Shown here in pieces: positions 21,590 through 30,902 of a stretch of 64,000 nt of DNA; within the stretch, counting starts at the first letter, position 1; every line of letters starts with the position of its first letter. The notes under the pieces are model-generated. The model did not search any database, was not told where the DNA came from, and saw only the letters and a list, made by a program, of their open reading frames with translations. This DNA is from Plasmodiophora brassicae (taxonomy: Eukaryota), in NCBI GenBank assembly GCA_036867785.1, contig CP145421.1, positions 992,001-1,056,000 on the forward strand, written 5' to 3'. The translations under genes and the position numbers were made by a program.

Positions 21590-24382
21590 TCAACCACACG
21601 GATTGACCGACTGAGGTCGGTCCGCGCCGTGGACGTTTATTGTACCTAGTGCGCTACGAAGGAGCCCAATTTGGTGCCGGCTGAGTCGCCAACACGACTC
21701 AGTCGTGACATAATAATCCCCTTCTAGCCGCACCGGGAACGGGCTGCGGGCTTGTCTGGGTTGAAGCATTTGGTGAGGCCTAGCAAGAACTGCTTCATCA
21801 TTAGGCGACAGTGTGTACTCCAGTCGACGAGTCAGGGCGTCAGGTGTCCAATGAACGAAATCAACTTCGCTAAGGAATTGGGGTGAACGAATCTGTCGTC
21901 GATGTAGCTTGTGGGCAAACGCACGTGCGGCGGCGTCCAGAAACATGAGATCGTGGTTGAGAAACGCGATCGAGGTTGATGAGGCCTGGTCATCCTCTAA
22001 CGTAGCAAAAGGTGCAAAGAAGGACTCGGCGGGCGCATTCAAGGGCGGGGGCTCCGCAGAGGCGCTCGTACACAGCTGTGCTATTGGAAAATACGGCCAC
22101 CCAACTAGGATCCAGGCCAGGGCGACAAAGGTTGCGAACATCAGAAGATTGAGGCTGTGGCCGTCTCGGAAGCCATCATTGGAGGGGGGCGGCGGGAGAG
22201 ACCGTTTCACCCTTCGTCGAACGGGGCCCCAGTTCCGGAAGGAGGACATAAGGGGCGTGGACTCGGAGCCTGAACGGGGCAATGATAAGAGATCGGTGCG
22301 GCTGGTGGCAACAGTATCATTGAAGGCGGCGACCCCCGGGATACCATAATCGAAAGCGGAAGGACTCGGCCTGTCGTCGACGGCAGCAGTGGCAATGTGG
22401 CACTCCGGGTGGTCGTCATTAGCTACGGAAGCCAGCTTGCCGTCGACAAACACGGATGTAAGCGGCAACGTTTCGAGTGATTCAGCTGAAGGGATGGCAC
22501 ACGCAGGCGCAGGAACGCTTCGTGCAGGAGGTGAGACCCCAGCTGAGAGACTATCCTCGCGCTTTACTGTTGCAAATGGTCCCGCCGAAGAGACGAAGGA
22601 CCCAGACCCATGGACGTCTCCTGTTCCCGCCGAAGAGACGAAGGACCCAGACTCATGGACGTCTCCTGTACGGATCCCCACGAGGGTATCTCCGCGGCGC
22701 TGTAGGCGGCGCTGACGCCAATCGATATCTGGGTTTGTATCCGCCAACCAAGGCAGCCCAAGAATGACAGGGTGTTGAGGCGAGTGGATCATGTTCAGGA
22801 CGACGTCGCTGTCGAAACATCCGTCGACGGTAGCACGTAGCGGGACGGTTTCCTGAGTTACTGGAGACAGGTGTCGCCCGTCGATGACGCGAACAGGAAT
22901 GGCACGCGATTTAGAGCGAACCGGTATTTCGTGGTGACGACAGAACGACCAGTCGATGAAGTTGGAAGTCGCACCACAGTCTAACAGGGCGAATGTGTTG
23001 ACACGGCGTGAGCCGATAACGAGGCATACCGATACCAACAGATGCGGTATTGAGGGAGACGTCATAAGGAACAGATCAGTGACGTGGAGAGGGTTGCCGG
23101 TCCGCTCGGGACACAGCGATGAGCGGTGGCCAACCTTATGACAGTGCGGGCACGGTGGCCTCTTCGGGCAGGACGCAATAAAATGCCCAACTTCGCGACA
23201 ATAGTGGCAAGCCAGGGGTTGTGTCCTTGCATCACCGCCAGCGTTGATGGCGGCGATTGGGTATTTCGACTCAAGATGAGCCGCCATCTCGAGAATTTTG
23301 TCGTAGTCTCTGAAGTTGTACAAGAACAGCGCTTCGGAGAGCGCAGGGTTCAGCGAGAGGCGGAACTTTTCCGCCAAGCGGGCCGGATTGAGTCTGTACA
23401 ATGGGTCAAGTCGTTGAAGGTCCTTGTACAAGCGTTGGAATGCCAGTGCGTGGTGAGCGACACCTGCAGTCTGCTTCAGGTTGTCAAACTTCGCTTCAAC
23501 CTGCTTGAACGAAGGTCCCGGGAAGTCATGGAGCAGGACGGACGAAACGTCCGCCATAGACGCGTCCGCAGGCAAGTCGAGGTAAGTCTCAAGAGCCTGA
23601 CCTTGCAAGGCTGTCGTTAAGACACATTGCACTTCGCCGGATAGAGGACTTGTTGACGTTAACGACGTCTGGGTGATCCGAGAGAACGCAGTCAACCAGC
23701 GCGTCGTCGACAGACCATCGCTTCCCGAAAAACGCGGAATGTCTTGTGACTGGACAACAATAGACGTTAAGGGTGGGCCCGGAGACACCCGTGGCGCCGG
23801 CACCCGAGCCCCAACGAACGAAGCGCCAATATGCTGCGACGTTGGGGAGACAGGGTCATGCCGAGGCGCGCCGCCGGGGTCCTGCAGAGACGTCGAGGCG
23901 GCAGAAACGTGTAGGGACGATAAGGCAGGCGGGGAGTGACGGTCCGAAGAGGACAGAGAGTCGTCGGCCCAATCGGCAGCGGTACTAGTGAGCGAAGGCG
24001 GGGTGAGCGGTCGTGCAGGGAGATGATTCGCCAGTGGCCGAACACCCGCGCGAAGTGCAGCTGCGACAGGGGACCGAGAGCAAAATCCGACGCACCCGCA
24101 ACATCCGGATTCGCGGACGATGGGACGTCGTCGTCCGTCAATGACGGAATCGACCCATCGCCTCCTGCCATGAATGCAATACAATACCAACGATAGAAGC
24201 GGTACGGCACGATACGATACGGCACAATACGATACGATACGGCACAATACGATACGATAAGGCAAAATACGATTCGATACGGCACAATACGATACGATAC
24301 GGCACAAAACGATACGGTACGGCACAATACGATACGAGTCGAGACAAGACGATACGATACGGCACAAAACGAGTCGAGACAA
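21590..24382 (-). CDS. Gag (capsid + two CCHC knuckles) - aspartic protease polyprotein; no RT or integrase; start uncertain
   Basis: IPRFSG gag start; knuckles CHYCREVGHFIASC and CPHCHKVGHRSSLC; protease ALLDCGATSNFI..VILGLPWL..NPDIDW; RNase-H-tail-like remnant RRQIR..FLSEVDF..PDALTRR. Confidence 0.8.
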   Translation of the reverse strand: MSRLVLCRIVSSCLDSYRIVPYRIVLCRIVSYCAVSNRILPYRIVLCRIVSYCAVSYRAVPLLSLVLYCIHGRRRWVDSVIDGRRRPIVRESGCCGCVGFCSRSPVAAALRAGVRPLANHLPARPLTPPSLTSTAADWADDSLSSSDRHSPPALSSLHVSAASTSLQDPGGAPRHDPVSPTSQHIGASFVGARVPAPRVSPGPPLTSIVVQSQDIPRFSGSDGLSTTRWLTAFSRITQTSLTSTSPLSGEVQCVLTTALQGQALETYLDLPADASMADVSSVLLHDFPGPSFKQVEAKFDNLKQTAGVAHHALAFQRLYKDLQRLDPLYRLNPARLAEKFRLSLNPALSEALFLYNFRDYDKILEMAAHLESKYPIAAINAGGDARTQPLACHYCREVGHFIASCPKRPPCPHCHKVGHRSSLCPERTGNPLHVTDLFLMTSPSIPHLLVSVCLVIGSRRVNTFALLDCGATSNFIDWSFCRHHEIPVRSKSRAIPVRVIDGRHLSPVTQETVPLRATVDGCFDSDVVLNMIHSPQHPVILGLPWLADTNPDIDWRQRRLQRRGDTLVGIRTGDVHESGSFVSSAGTGDVHGSGSFVSSAGPFATVKREDSLSAGVSPPARSVPAPACAIPSAESLETLPLTSVFVDGKLASVANDDHPECHIATAAVDDRPSPSAFDYGIPGVAAFNDTVATSRTDLLSLPRSGSESTPLMSSFRNWGPVRRRVKRSLPPPPSNDGFRDGHSLNLLMFATFVALAWILVGWPYFPIAQLCTSASAEPPPLNAPAESFFAPFATLEDDQASSTSIAFLNHDLMFLDAAARAFAHKLHRRQIRSPQFLSEVDFVHWTPDALTRRLEYTLSPNDEAVLARPHQMLQPRQARSPFPVRLEGDYYVTTESCWRLSRHQIGLLRSALGTINVHGADRPQSVNPCG
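22580..22669. repeat. 45-bp in-frame tandem duplication in the LTR element ORF
   Basis: Encodes TGDVH(E/G)SGSFVSSAG twice. Confidence 0.9.
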
Positions 24383-24385
24383 GAC
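24199..24385. repeat. 20-bp minisatellite GGCACAATACGATACGATAC in the 5' leader of the LTR element
   Basis: About 9 tandem units built from GATAC pentamers. Confidence 0.9.
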
Positions 24386-24620
24386 GACGACAGAAGGTTA
24401 GTCGGTCAAAATGTGACGACCGAACACGATGAGTCAACCACACGGATTGACCGACTGAGGTCGGTCCGCGCCGTGGACGTTTATTGTACCTAGTGCGCTA
24501 CGAAGGAGCCCAATTTGGTGCCGGCTGAGTCGCCAACACGACTCAGTCGTGACAATCTGGCCCTGCTCATCAACGAAACTGCACTTCGAAGTGATTGTTT
24601 ACGGCAACATAGTAACAATG

Positions 24621-27600
24621 TTACGAGGGTTGCTGGGCGCGGCGAATGGCATCCAACAGAGTGGCCTTCGTCATCACGCTATAGTCGCCTGATATGCCGC
24701 AGTCCCTGGCAATTCGTCGCAAAGCCCGCAACGGCAGGCTGCCATAGTCGCGATGGGCAGGAACGACAAACGGCCACGCACTGCGAATGGTCTCCTCGTT
24801 GTATGGCCCTCGATCACAAGCGGCGCTCGGCTGCAGGGCCTCCTGCTCTTCTTCTTTCCCGCGCAGGAACGTCTCGTAGTTTGGACGACAGTCTAAAAGG
24901 ACGCGTAACGCATCGCGGACGTTGTCGGGCAGGCAGCGACTCCCCAACCCTTCGATGCGAAGTATGGGCTGACCATTCCGCAGTGTCGCGACCTCGGCGG
25001 ACGGTCTGACGTTGTCGACATTCATGAAGATGAGAATGGACTTGCGGTCTAGCTCCTGCAACAGCTCCGTGTCGAAACACCCGTTTAGGGCTGTGCTCGG
25101 CGTCATCTTATCCTTGACCGTTTTCGAAAACGCAGATCCAGAGCAGGCCTTCACTTGAATTCCAACCACACCAAACGAATCGGAAGGACTCGGCGCAGCT
25201 TCCATCTGTGGCTCGCCGCCCAGTGCACCACCTTGTGCGCCGCAAGACTCAGACGGCAGGAACGCGGGCCCAAACAGATCCCACCCGGGAAACGCTTCAG
25301 GCAGCGCGCAGAAACAGTGGCGTTCTGCAAGCTGGACATGCGTCCGCAGGTCCGGCTTGAACGCCAGGTTCACGAACTGGCCGCAACCGATCATGGCGCC
25401 GCGCATCTGAGGCGGGACGGCTTCCTCCGCCAACCTGACTGAGGAAGCCGACGGCAGCAACTGTACTAGCACGTCGACGACGTCGACGACCGATCCATAA
25501 CGTTTGCCTGCAGCAGTGCATGCTCGATCGCAGGCAAAAAGGAACAGAGTCTGAGCAATTACCTCGCCGATGAAGCCCTCGTTTAGAGCGCCAGACAGGA
25601 TAGAGTCATGCACCGCTGGAATTATTGCATCGGAGAACGTGCTACCGTCTTCTTCGTGCCACTTGTGTGCCGCTGCACGCGCTACCATGGCTTCGGGCAT
25701 AAACGATATGAGGCATTGTTCGCGATCGAGGTCGGTGTCAAGCAACGTGCCCATGAACCCGGCAACAAGTGCAGACGCGAACGGATGGCTTGGGTACACC
25801 ATTGCGGCAACGCGCGAGAGAAACAGCGCAAGATTAGCAAGACGACCGGCACCAGAGCCGCTCTTTGAAACCGAATTTCCACCGCCGGCGAGCTTGAGTT
25901 GCAGAAACTCGAGCGACTCTTGTTCCCGTAGGCGCCTCGCAATGCTTAAACCGGCGCGTCCCGTTTTCAGCCAATCATCAGAGATCCGTAGGCGGCTCCA
26001 GTCGACATGCTTGAGATCAGTCGACGCAGATGCGAAATGGACGTCGAACGACCCACGGAGGACAATGGGCTGGAAGAGCTCGGGTCCTTTGCAGGCGTCA
26101 CGAAACACACTAGATGGGCGTGCCGAGGGTTCCCGATGTTGAGCAGGGCTGAAGTTCTGAATTGGAGAAGACGTGTCGATGAACACAAGGAAAATAGAGA
26201 TGCGGATAGCGTTGTTCTTCAAGAAATCGTCACACAAGAGGGCCGCATGCCGGACGCACCGGAACAGATTGACGCCGGAGATGCTCTGGGTCAGCAGCTG
26301 ACGAGCTTCGTCCATTACGACCAGGACAATTTCCGGAGAGCTGTTTCGTAAGTCCTTGAGCTGATCGTCGCTGAGATGCGTTTCAGGCAGGTTACTGAAC
26401 ATAACTTCACTGATGCTCTGGCTAGGGAATTCTGCCTGATGTTGCAGATCGTCCCGGCGGTTGTTGCTTTGAGCAGGATCAGGCAGATGCTTCACGGCCC
26501 TGTAGACGAGCTGACCAAGCCTATAGGATAGGACTCTGGAAAATCTCTTCGGAGTGGAACCTTCCAACGAGTACCCTTTGAGAAGGGTGCCGATGGCCAT
26601 ATCCGTCCGGTCGGGATAGCCGGTCGATCCAGATTTGCGAAAACAGAAGTAGACTGTCCGGAAATGGTGGCGCGCCAGTTCGCGGAACGTGCGTGATTTG
26701 CCATTCAATGTCGATTGCACGCAGGAAGTATAAGGTGACATAAACGGACGATGTTGCGCGCGATACGCTGCCGAACACTGTCGAATATAAGTAGCAATTG
26801 AACTCAGGCAGTCGTGCGGATCCACGAACGGTGTGGTGAAATCGTCCGCAAGAACGTCTCTCTCCGGATACGCAGATGCAGCAGCAGTATTAGCGGACAC
26901 CGTTTGGGGATGGAGAGCGTGGTAGAGTGAACCGAGGAACTCCTCCGAAGGTCGCTTATTGAAAAGTACCTTGAGGCTGTGGGAGTCTAAACCAAGCAGG
27001 GTATCGCCATAGAATGGACGATCATTCAATGTTAAAGACTGATCGTGCGCGCGAATGAAACGATGCAAGTACCGCCGGACGGTATCAGGCGTTGACTGCT
27101 CAGTTATTGCCAACTCGTCATCGTCAGGGTGAAGAGCATCGTAGAGCGACTGGGTAATCGACTGAACGTGAGGGTCGTCACCCGGTCCGTTGAACAGAAC
27201 ACGAAGCTGGTCGCGTGACAACCGAAGCAAATCGAAGCCGTCATACTTCGAAGCACGCGCAGAGAGCGGCACCGGCACATCGGCCCTGGCAACGAATCGT
27301 TGCAGGAATTCGCTGACGGCAGCGGCTGTCGATTCGTCGGTGATAGTATACTCCTCCTGGTCGACCTCCATCGCCAACCTCGCAACGCGCAACGGACTGC
27401 CGACCGCACAATGTCCGTCAGCTGTACTGCAGCTGCTCAGTTCATACTGGGGAAACGCTCGGTCCGCCAGCTGGCTATGTACAGTATACGATTTTGTCGA
27501 ATCGATTTGGGCCTGGTATCGCAAGCCAAATATTAGCTGGTTCGTAAAGCGATTGCAACATGTTGACTTACCGATATCGACTCGCCCAAATGCAATACCA

Positions 27601-27635
27601 ATTCTGCGTGTACCTGGCAGGCTGTCAAGACCCAT
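24621..27635 (-). CDS. Crinkler (CRN/CR)-type protein: tandem SAM-like headers, P-loop NTPase, PD-(D/E)xK-like nuclease, C-terminal Rho-N/HEH-like motif
   Basis: Two repeats ITxxST..V..L.RF..G..LL.L..LY.ALHP. Walker A-like SPYTSCVQSTLNGKSR, Walker B VVMDEAR, nuclease-like FPGWDL..GIQVK, tail LRALRRIARDCGISGDYSVMTKATLLDAI. True start may be the ATG at 27371. Confidence 0.7.
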   Translation of the reverse strand: MGLDSLPGTRRIGIAFGRVDIGKSTCCNRFTNQLIFGLRYQAQIDSTKSYTVHSQLADRAFPQYELSSCSTADGHCAVGSPLRVARLAMEVDQEEYTITDESTAAAVSEFLQRFVARADVPVPLSARASKYDGFDLLRLSRDQLRVLFNGPGDDPHVQSITQSLYDALHPDDDELAITEQSTPDTVRRYLHRFIRAHDQSLTLNDRPFYGDTLLGLDSHSLKVLFNKRPSEEFLGSLYHALHPQTVSANTAAASAYPERDVLADDFTTPFVDPHDCLSSIATYIRQCSAAYRAQHRPFMSPYTSCVQSTLNGKSRTFRELARHHFRTVYFCFRKSGSTGYPDRTDMAIGTLLKGYSLEGSTPKRFSRVLSYRLGQLVYRAVKHLPDPAQSNNRRDDLQHQAEFPSQSISEVMFSNLPETHLSDDQLKDLRNSSPEIVLVVMDEARQLLTQSISGVNLFRCVRHAALLCDDFLKNNAIRISIFLVFIDTSSPIQNFSPAQHREPSARPSSVFRDACKGPELFQPIVLRGSFDVHFASASTDLKHVDWSRLRISDDWLKTGRAGLSIARRLREQESLEFLQLKLAGGGNSVSKSGSGAGRLANLALFLSRVAAMVYPSHPFASALVAGFMGTLLDTDLDREQCLISFMPEAMVARAAAHKWHEEDGSTFSDAIIPAVHDSILSGALNEGFIGEVIAQTLFLFACDRACTAAGKRYGSVVDVVDVLVQLLPSASSVRLAEEAVPPQMRGAMIGCGQFVNLAFKPDLRTHVQLAERHCFCALPEAFPGWDLFGPAFLPSESCGAQGGALGGEPQMEAAPSPSDSFGVVGIQVKACSGSAFSKTVKDKMTPSTALNGCFDTELLQELDRKSILIFMNVDNVRPSAEVATLRNGQPILRIEGLGSRCLPDNVRDALRVLLDCRPNYETFLRGKEEEQEALQPSAACDRGPYNEETIRSAWPFVVPAHRDYGSLPLRALRRIARDCGISGDYSVMTKATLLDAIRRAQQPS

Positions 27636-28065
27636 CTCAGTCTCAAATAATGATTGTACGACATTTGGATTGCTGCCTTCAACGGCCTGAGTTGAGAACT
27701 TGGCGTCCTAACGTGCTTTGCTGAGTAGTGCTCAGTGCACTACTCGAGGAGTGCTTTGACAATTTGAAGGTGCTCGATCCCGAGCACTTTCAAAAACGCA
27801 TTCTTTCGGGGGATCAAGAGCTGTGTCCACTAGTGTTGCCTCTTTTCGGACGACGTCGCGGTGAACGCTGGTTGCAAACTTAACCGTGTGAGTCGGACGT
27901 CGGGCAACCCGACTTTGCCGGACCAACGTCACAAGTCCGCGAGACCACTGATCCGGGTCCTTGGTGGGCGCGGCGAGTCCGACCCGGGTCGACTGGGAAA
28001 CTCCACGACTGGAACGAATCGGGTCGGGTCGACCCGATGCCATCTATCATCTACAGTACGTACTT

Positions 28066-30825
28066 CTGCCCGTCGGTGCAAAAAGGAAAGGTTTCGTCGA
28101 CATAGTCAATTTTGAGATAAGTATATCATCGGAAAGCTCTCGAACTGGCGAATCTGATGGTATAGTTTGTTTCGTTACGCTGGACATAGAAAGTGCTCAT
28201 ATTTGGTCGGAAACCCCTTGCCATAGTCAGTCCTCAGAGGACACCGTCACTAAATAAGGGCGGTCGCGGAGTGCGTGCTGGGACCGGCGGCGCTTCCTGG
28301 GCAGCAGGCGCGCAAAATGAACTTCTTGTGTGGCTGACAACGACTCCTGCATGACGGACGTCGGTAGCAAACGAGATCGTCGCAGCGACCTGGGGCGAGA
28401 TAACGATATGTCCTCCAACTCTGGCACTGTCCCTGACCCTATTGACTACGTTGATGCTGAAGAAGGTCAACCTGGTGCTGCCCGTGTCGACCTGGAGTCT
28501 ATCGCAACGTTAACGAGACCGAAGAAGCGCCAGGCGAACCCGTCGACATGGGTTCGAAACCAGAGACGTCGGAAAGCGTTCCCTGAGGTGACGTCTTGTG
28601 GATGCTCCCGAAAGTGTAGCGAGAGAATCGAACCTGGTCAGATTCAGTCGATGAGAGCAGCGTTCGGGTCGATGAATTGGCAGCAACAGCAGGAGTATCT
28701 CTGCGGACACATGACAAGGACCAGATCCTCCAAGGGCAAGCTACGTGTTCTGTACAACGTCGAACACACGATCGGCACAATCAACGTCTGTCGCAAAATG
28801 TTCATGATTGTGTTCAACATCTTCGATAAGCGGCTCGTATCGATACGTAAGCGCTTCACCGACCCCAACTTCTCCGGACAAATGAAACCCAGTACACGTG
28901 GCATGCATGGGAAGCAAAGGAAAGTCGACCCAATCGTTTTGGGAAAGATGCAAGCATTCATCGAAGGTGTTGTCCATTCAGAGTAATACCGTATTATTAC
29001 ATCTCAGTGCTTCGTGTGACACTGTTTCGTTAGAGGAACGCCAAGCCATTATTGCCGTGCCCATTGCAGTTCACCGGTCATTTACCTCCCATCTTCCGGC
29101 AGCGAGAGAGCGTTATATGATCGGTTTCTTCGACATGAATTCCCTGAGTGGTGGGCATATCAGTCCGCTCAGCAATCTGGATCTCCAAGCGATCAACCGG
29201 TCGTGCAGCTTCCCATGAAGCAGAAAACGTTCTTCGCACATTTCGCGAAACAGTTCGGCTACATTCGTTTCAGGAGGGCTAAGACGGACCAGTGTGAGAC
29301 ATGCGCTGTATTGGAAGAAGACCTGAACGATGCGAAAGCCAGGAATGACTTGGAGAACGTCGTTAAGCTGCAGAACACGTTGGAGAGCCATCGAGCTATC
29401 GCCGCGTTTGGTTATACTATGATGCGCCACGACCAGGAGATTTCCATGGAGCCGAATCCCGATTCCATGCAAACATGGACCACCATGACCTACGACTTCG
29501 AGCGGACGCTCTACGTGCCGAACCTGCCACTGAAGAAAGCCCGATTCGTTGATCAACTGGGAGTGTTCATTTTCGATATCCACTGCCCTTGGTGCCCAAC
29601 TTGCGATCATCATTGTTATGTGTGGAACGAGTGTGAAGGTTTGAGAGGACCTGATGAAGTGATCTCTACCCTCGAGAATGAGTTGTCTGCGGCGTTGCCT
29701 CCCAGTCGACGCGGCGGTGGCCTCATCCTGATCTCTGACAATTGCCGTGGACAGAATAAGAACCAATATGTAATGATGTGGGCTCACGAGCATACGTTAA
29801 GAGGCGGTCGCCACTACACTCATCGCCGAGTTGACCTCAAATTTCCAGTCGTTGGGCATACGTTCTTATCTTGTGACCGATTCTTCTCAAAAGTCGACGT
29901 GCAGTTCCGTAAACGCAAGGTGTATGTCCCAGAAGAAGTAGCAGAAGTCATTTCGGACGCCTTCACTGTGGGCCACAAGCCACGAGTCAGTAATGTTTCC
30001 TACCCGAACTTCTATACCTGGAAGGAGTACCTTGGACGGAAGTACACTGTCCTCAATCGCAAAGACATTGGAGCTTACCGTGGACAGCCGATCAAATTCG
30101 AGAAAGTTCGATGGTTCAGCTTCGGGGAAACCGATGGAGTATATCATCCAGGCGAACTGTGGTACCGGTATTCCTTCAGCAAGAACGAGCCATGGGGAAA
30201 GATACGGATAGACAAAGGGGAGGGTGAGTTGGGCATCCTGAAACGGAAATATGAAGGGCCCGTCATGCTTAATGCGATCAAAATGCAGTCCCTACATGAC
30301 TTGGCACGAGCGATTCCCTCGAAATATCGCCACAGGTTCCCCGCACCAGACACTGTGCTACTCCATGGCGCCAGAGCAGCAGTTGCCAGAAAGACCCAGG
30401 CGCGAAAGAACTTGCCAGCCTTGGCAACCTGAGTAAAAACACACCTTGTAGTCAGCTATATCGACTGAAACTGACGGCAACCATCACTGCATATGAGGAC
30501 TACCACACCGATACGTTGTTGACCACGAAGGCGCCGAGATGGAAAGGCGCCTGCCCAGCGATGACGGTGATGAGCATAGAGCAGCAGCATCGCCGATGTT
30601 CGCGATGAGAGAGTTGCCACAAGGAACGAGAACCTCGGGTCACACTGAATATCGCCTTTGCGTACGAAAGATCCTCACATCTTCGCTCGGTAACAGTTCC
30701 ATACCAGTCAGCTAAGGACGACGACAATCAGATTCCGCGATGGCCGAGCCCCGGGCAACCTTTGAACGCGATTTTCTCAAAATCGCCGTGGCGACGAAAC
30801 CTTTCCTTTTTGCACCGACAGGCAG
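28066..30825 (+). mobile_element. Sola (Sola1-like) DNA transposon, full length
   Basis: 34-bp TIR CTGCC(C/T)GTCGGTGCAAAAAGGAAAGGTTTCGTCG with one mismatch. 4-bp TSD ACTT (28062-28065, 30826-30829). Confidence 0.88.
28351..30432 (+). CDS. Sola transposase, two exons (intron 28983-29033)
   Basis: Splicing joins the two ORFs as FIEGVVHSEGTPSHYCR. Motifs KTDQCETC, YDFERTL, WNECEGLRGPDEV, SDNCRGQNKN, GHTFLSCDRFF. Confidence 0.85.
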
Positions 30826-30902
30826 ACTTATGAACACCTGGCAATCAATCAAAGTCCGCACGGAGTCCGTGTGACAGCCCTCGCGAAACCCGAAAGTGAA
30901 AC

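Larger units (their letters stand above)
21568..24554 (-). mobile_element. Non-autonomous Ty3/gypsy-type LTR retroelement (Gag-protease only, about 3 kb)
   Basis: Identical 143-bp LTRs (21568-21710, 24412-24554) with TG..CA ends. 5-bp TSD ATCTG (21563-21567, 24555-24559). Polypurine tract AGAAGGGGATTATTA precedes the 3' LTR. Confidence 0.93.

Noticed and set aside
22095-22160. Hydrophobic helix in the LTR ORF as an envelope gene
   Set aside because: It is in frame with Gag-protease and has no signal peptide, cleavage site or ectodomain; insufficient evidence for env.
24199-24385. 20-bp repeats as CRISPR or as real coding sequence (YRIVLCRIVS repeats)
   Set aside because: A simple minisatellite in the LTR leader; the frames are open only because the unit lacks stops.
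27723-28040. Short palindromes (e.g. GAGTAGTGC-N5-GCACTACTC) as a Helitron end or termini of a CRN-carrying element
   Set aside because: No correctly spaced CTRR end, and no matching terminus or TSD was found on the other side.
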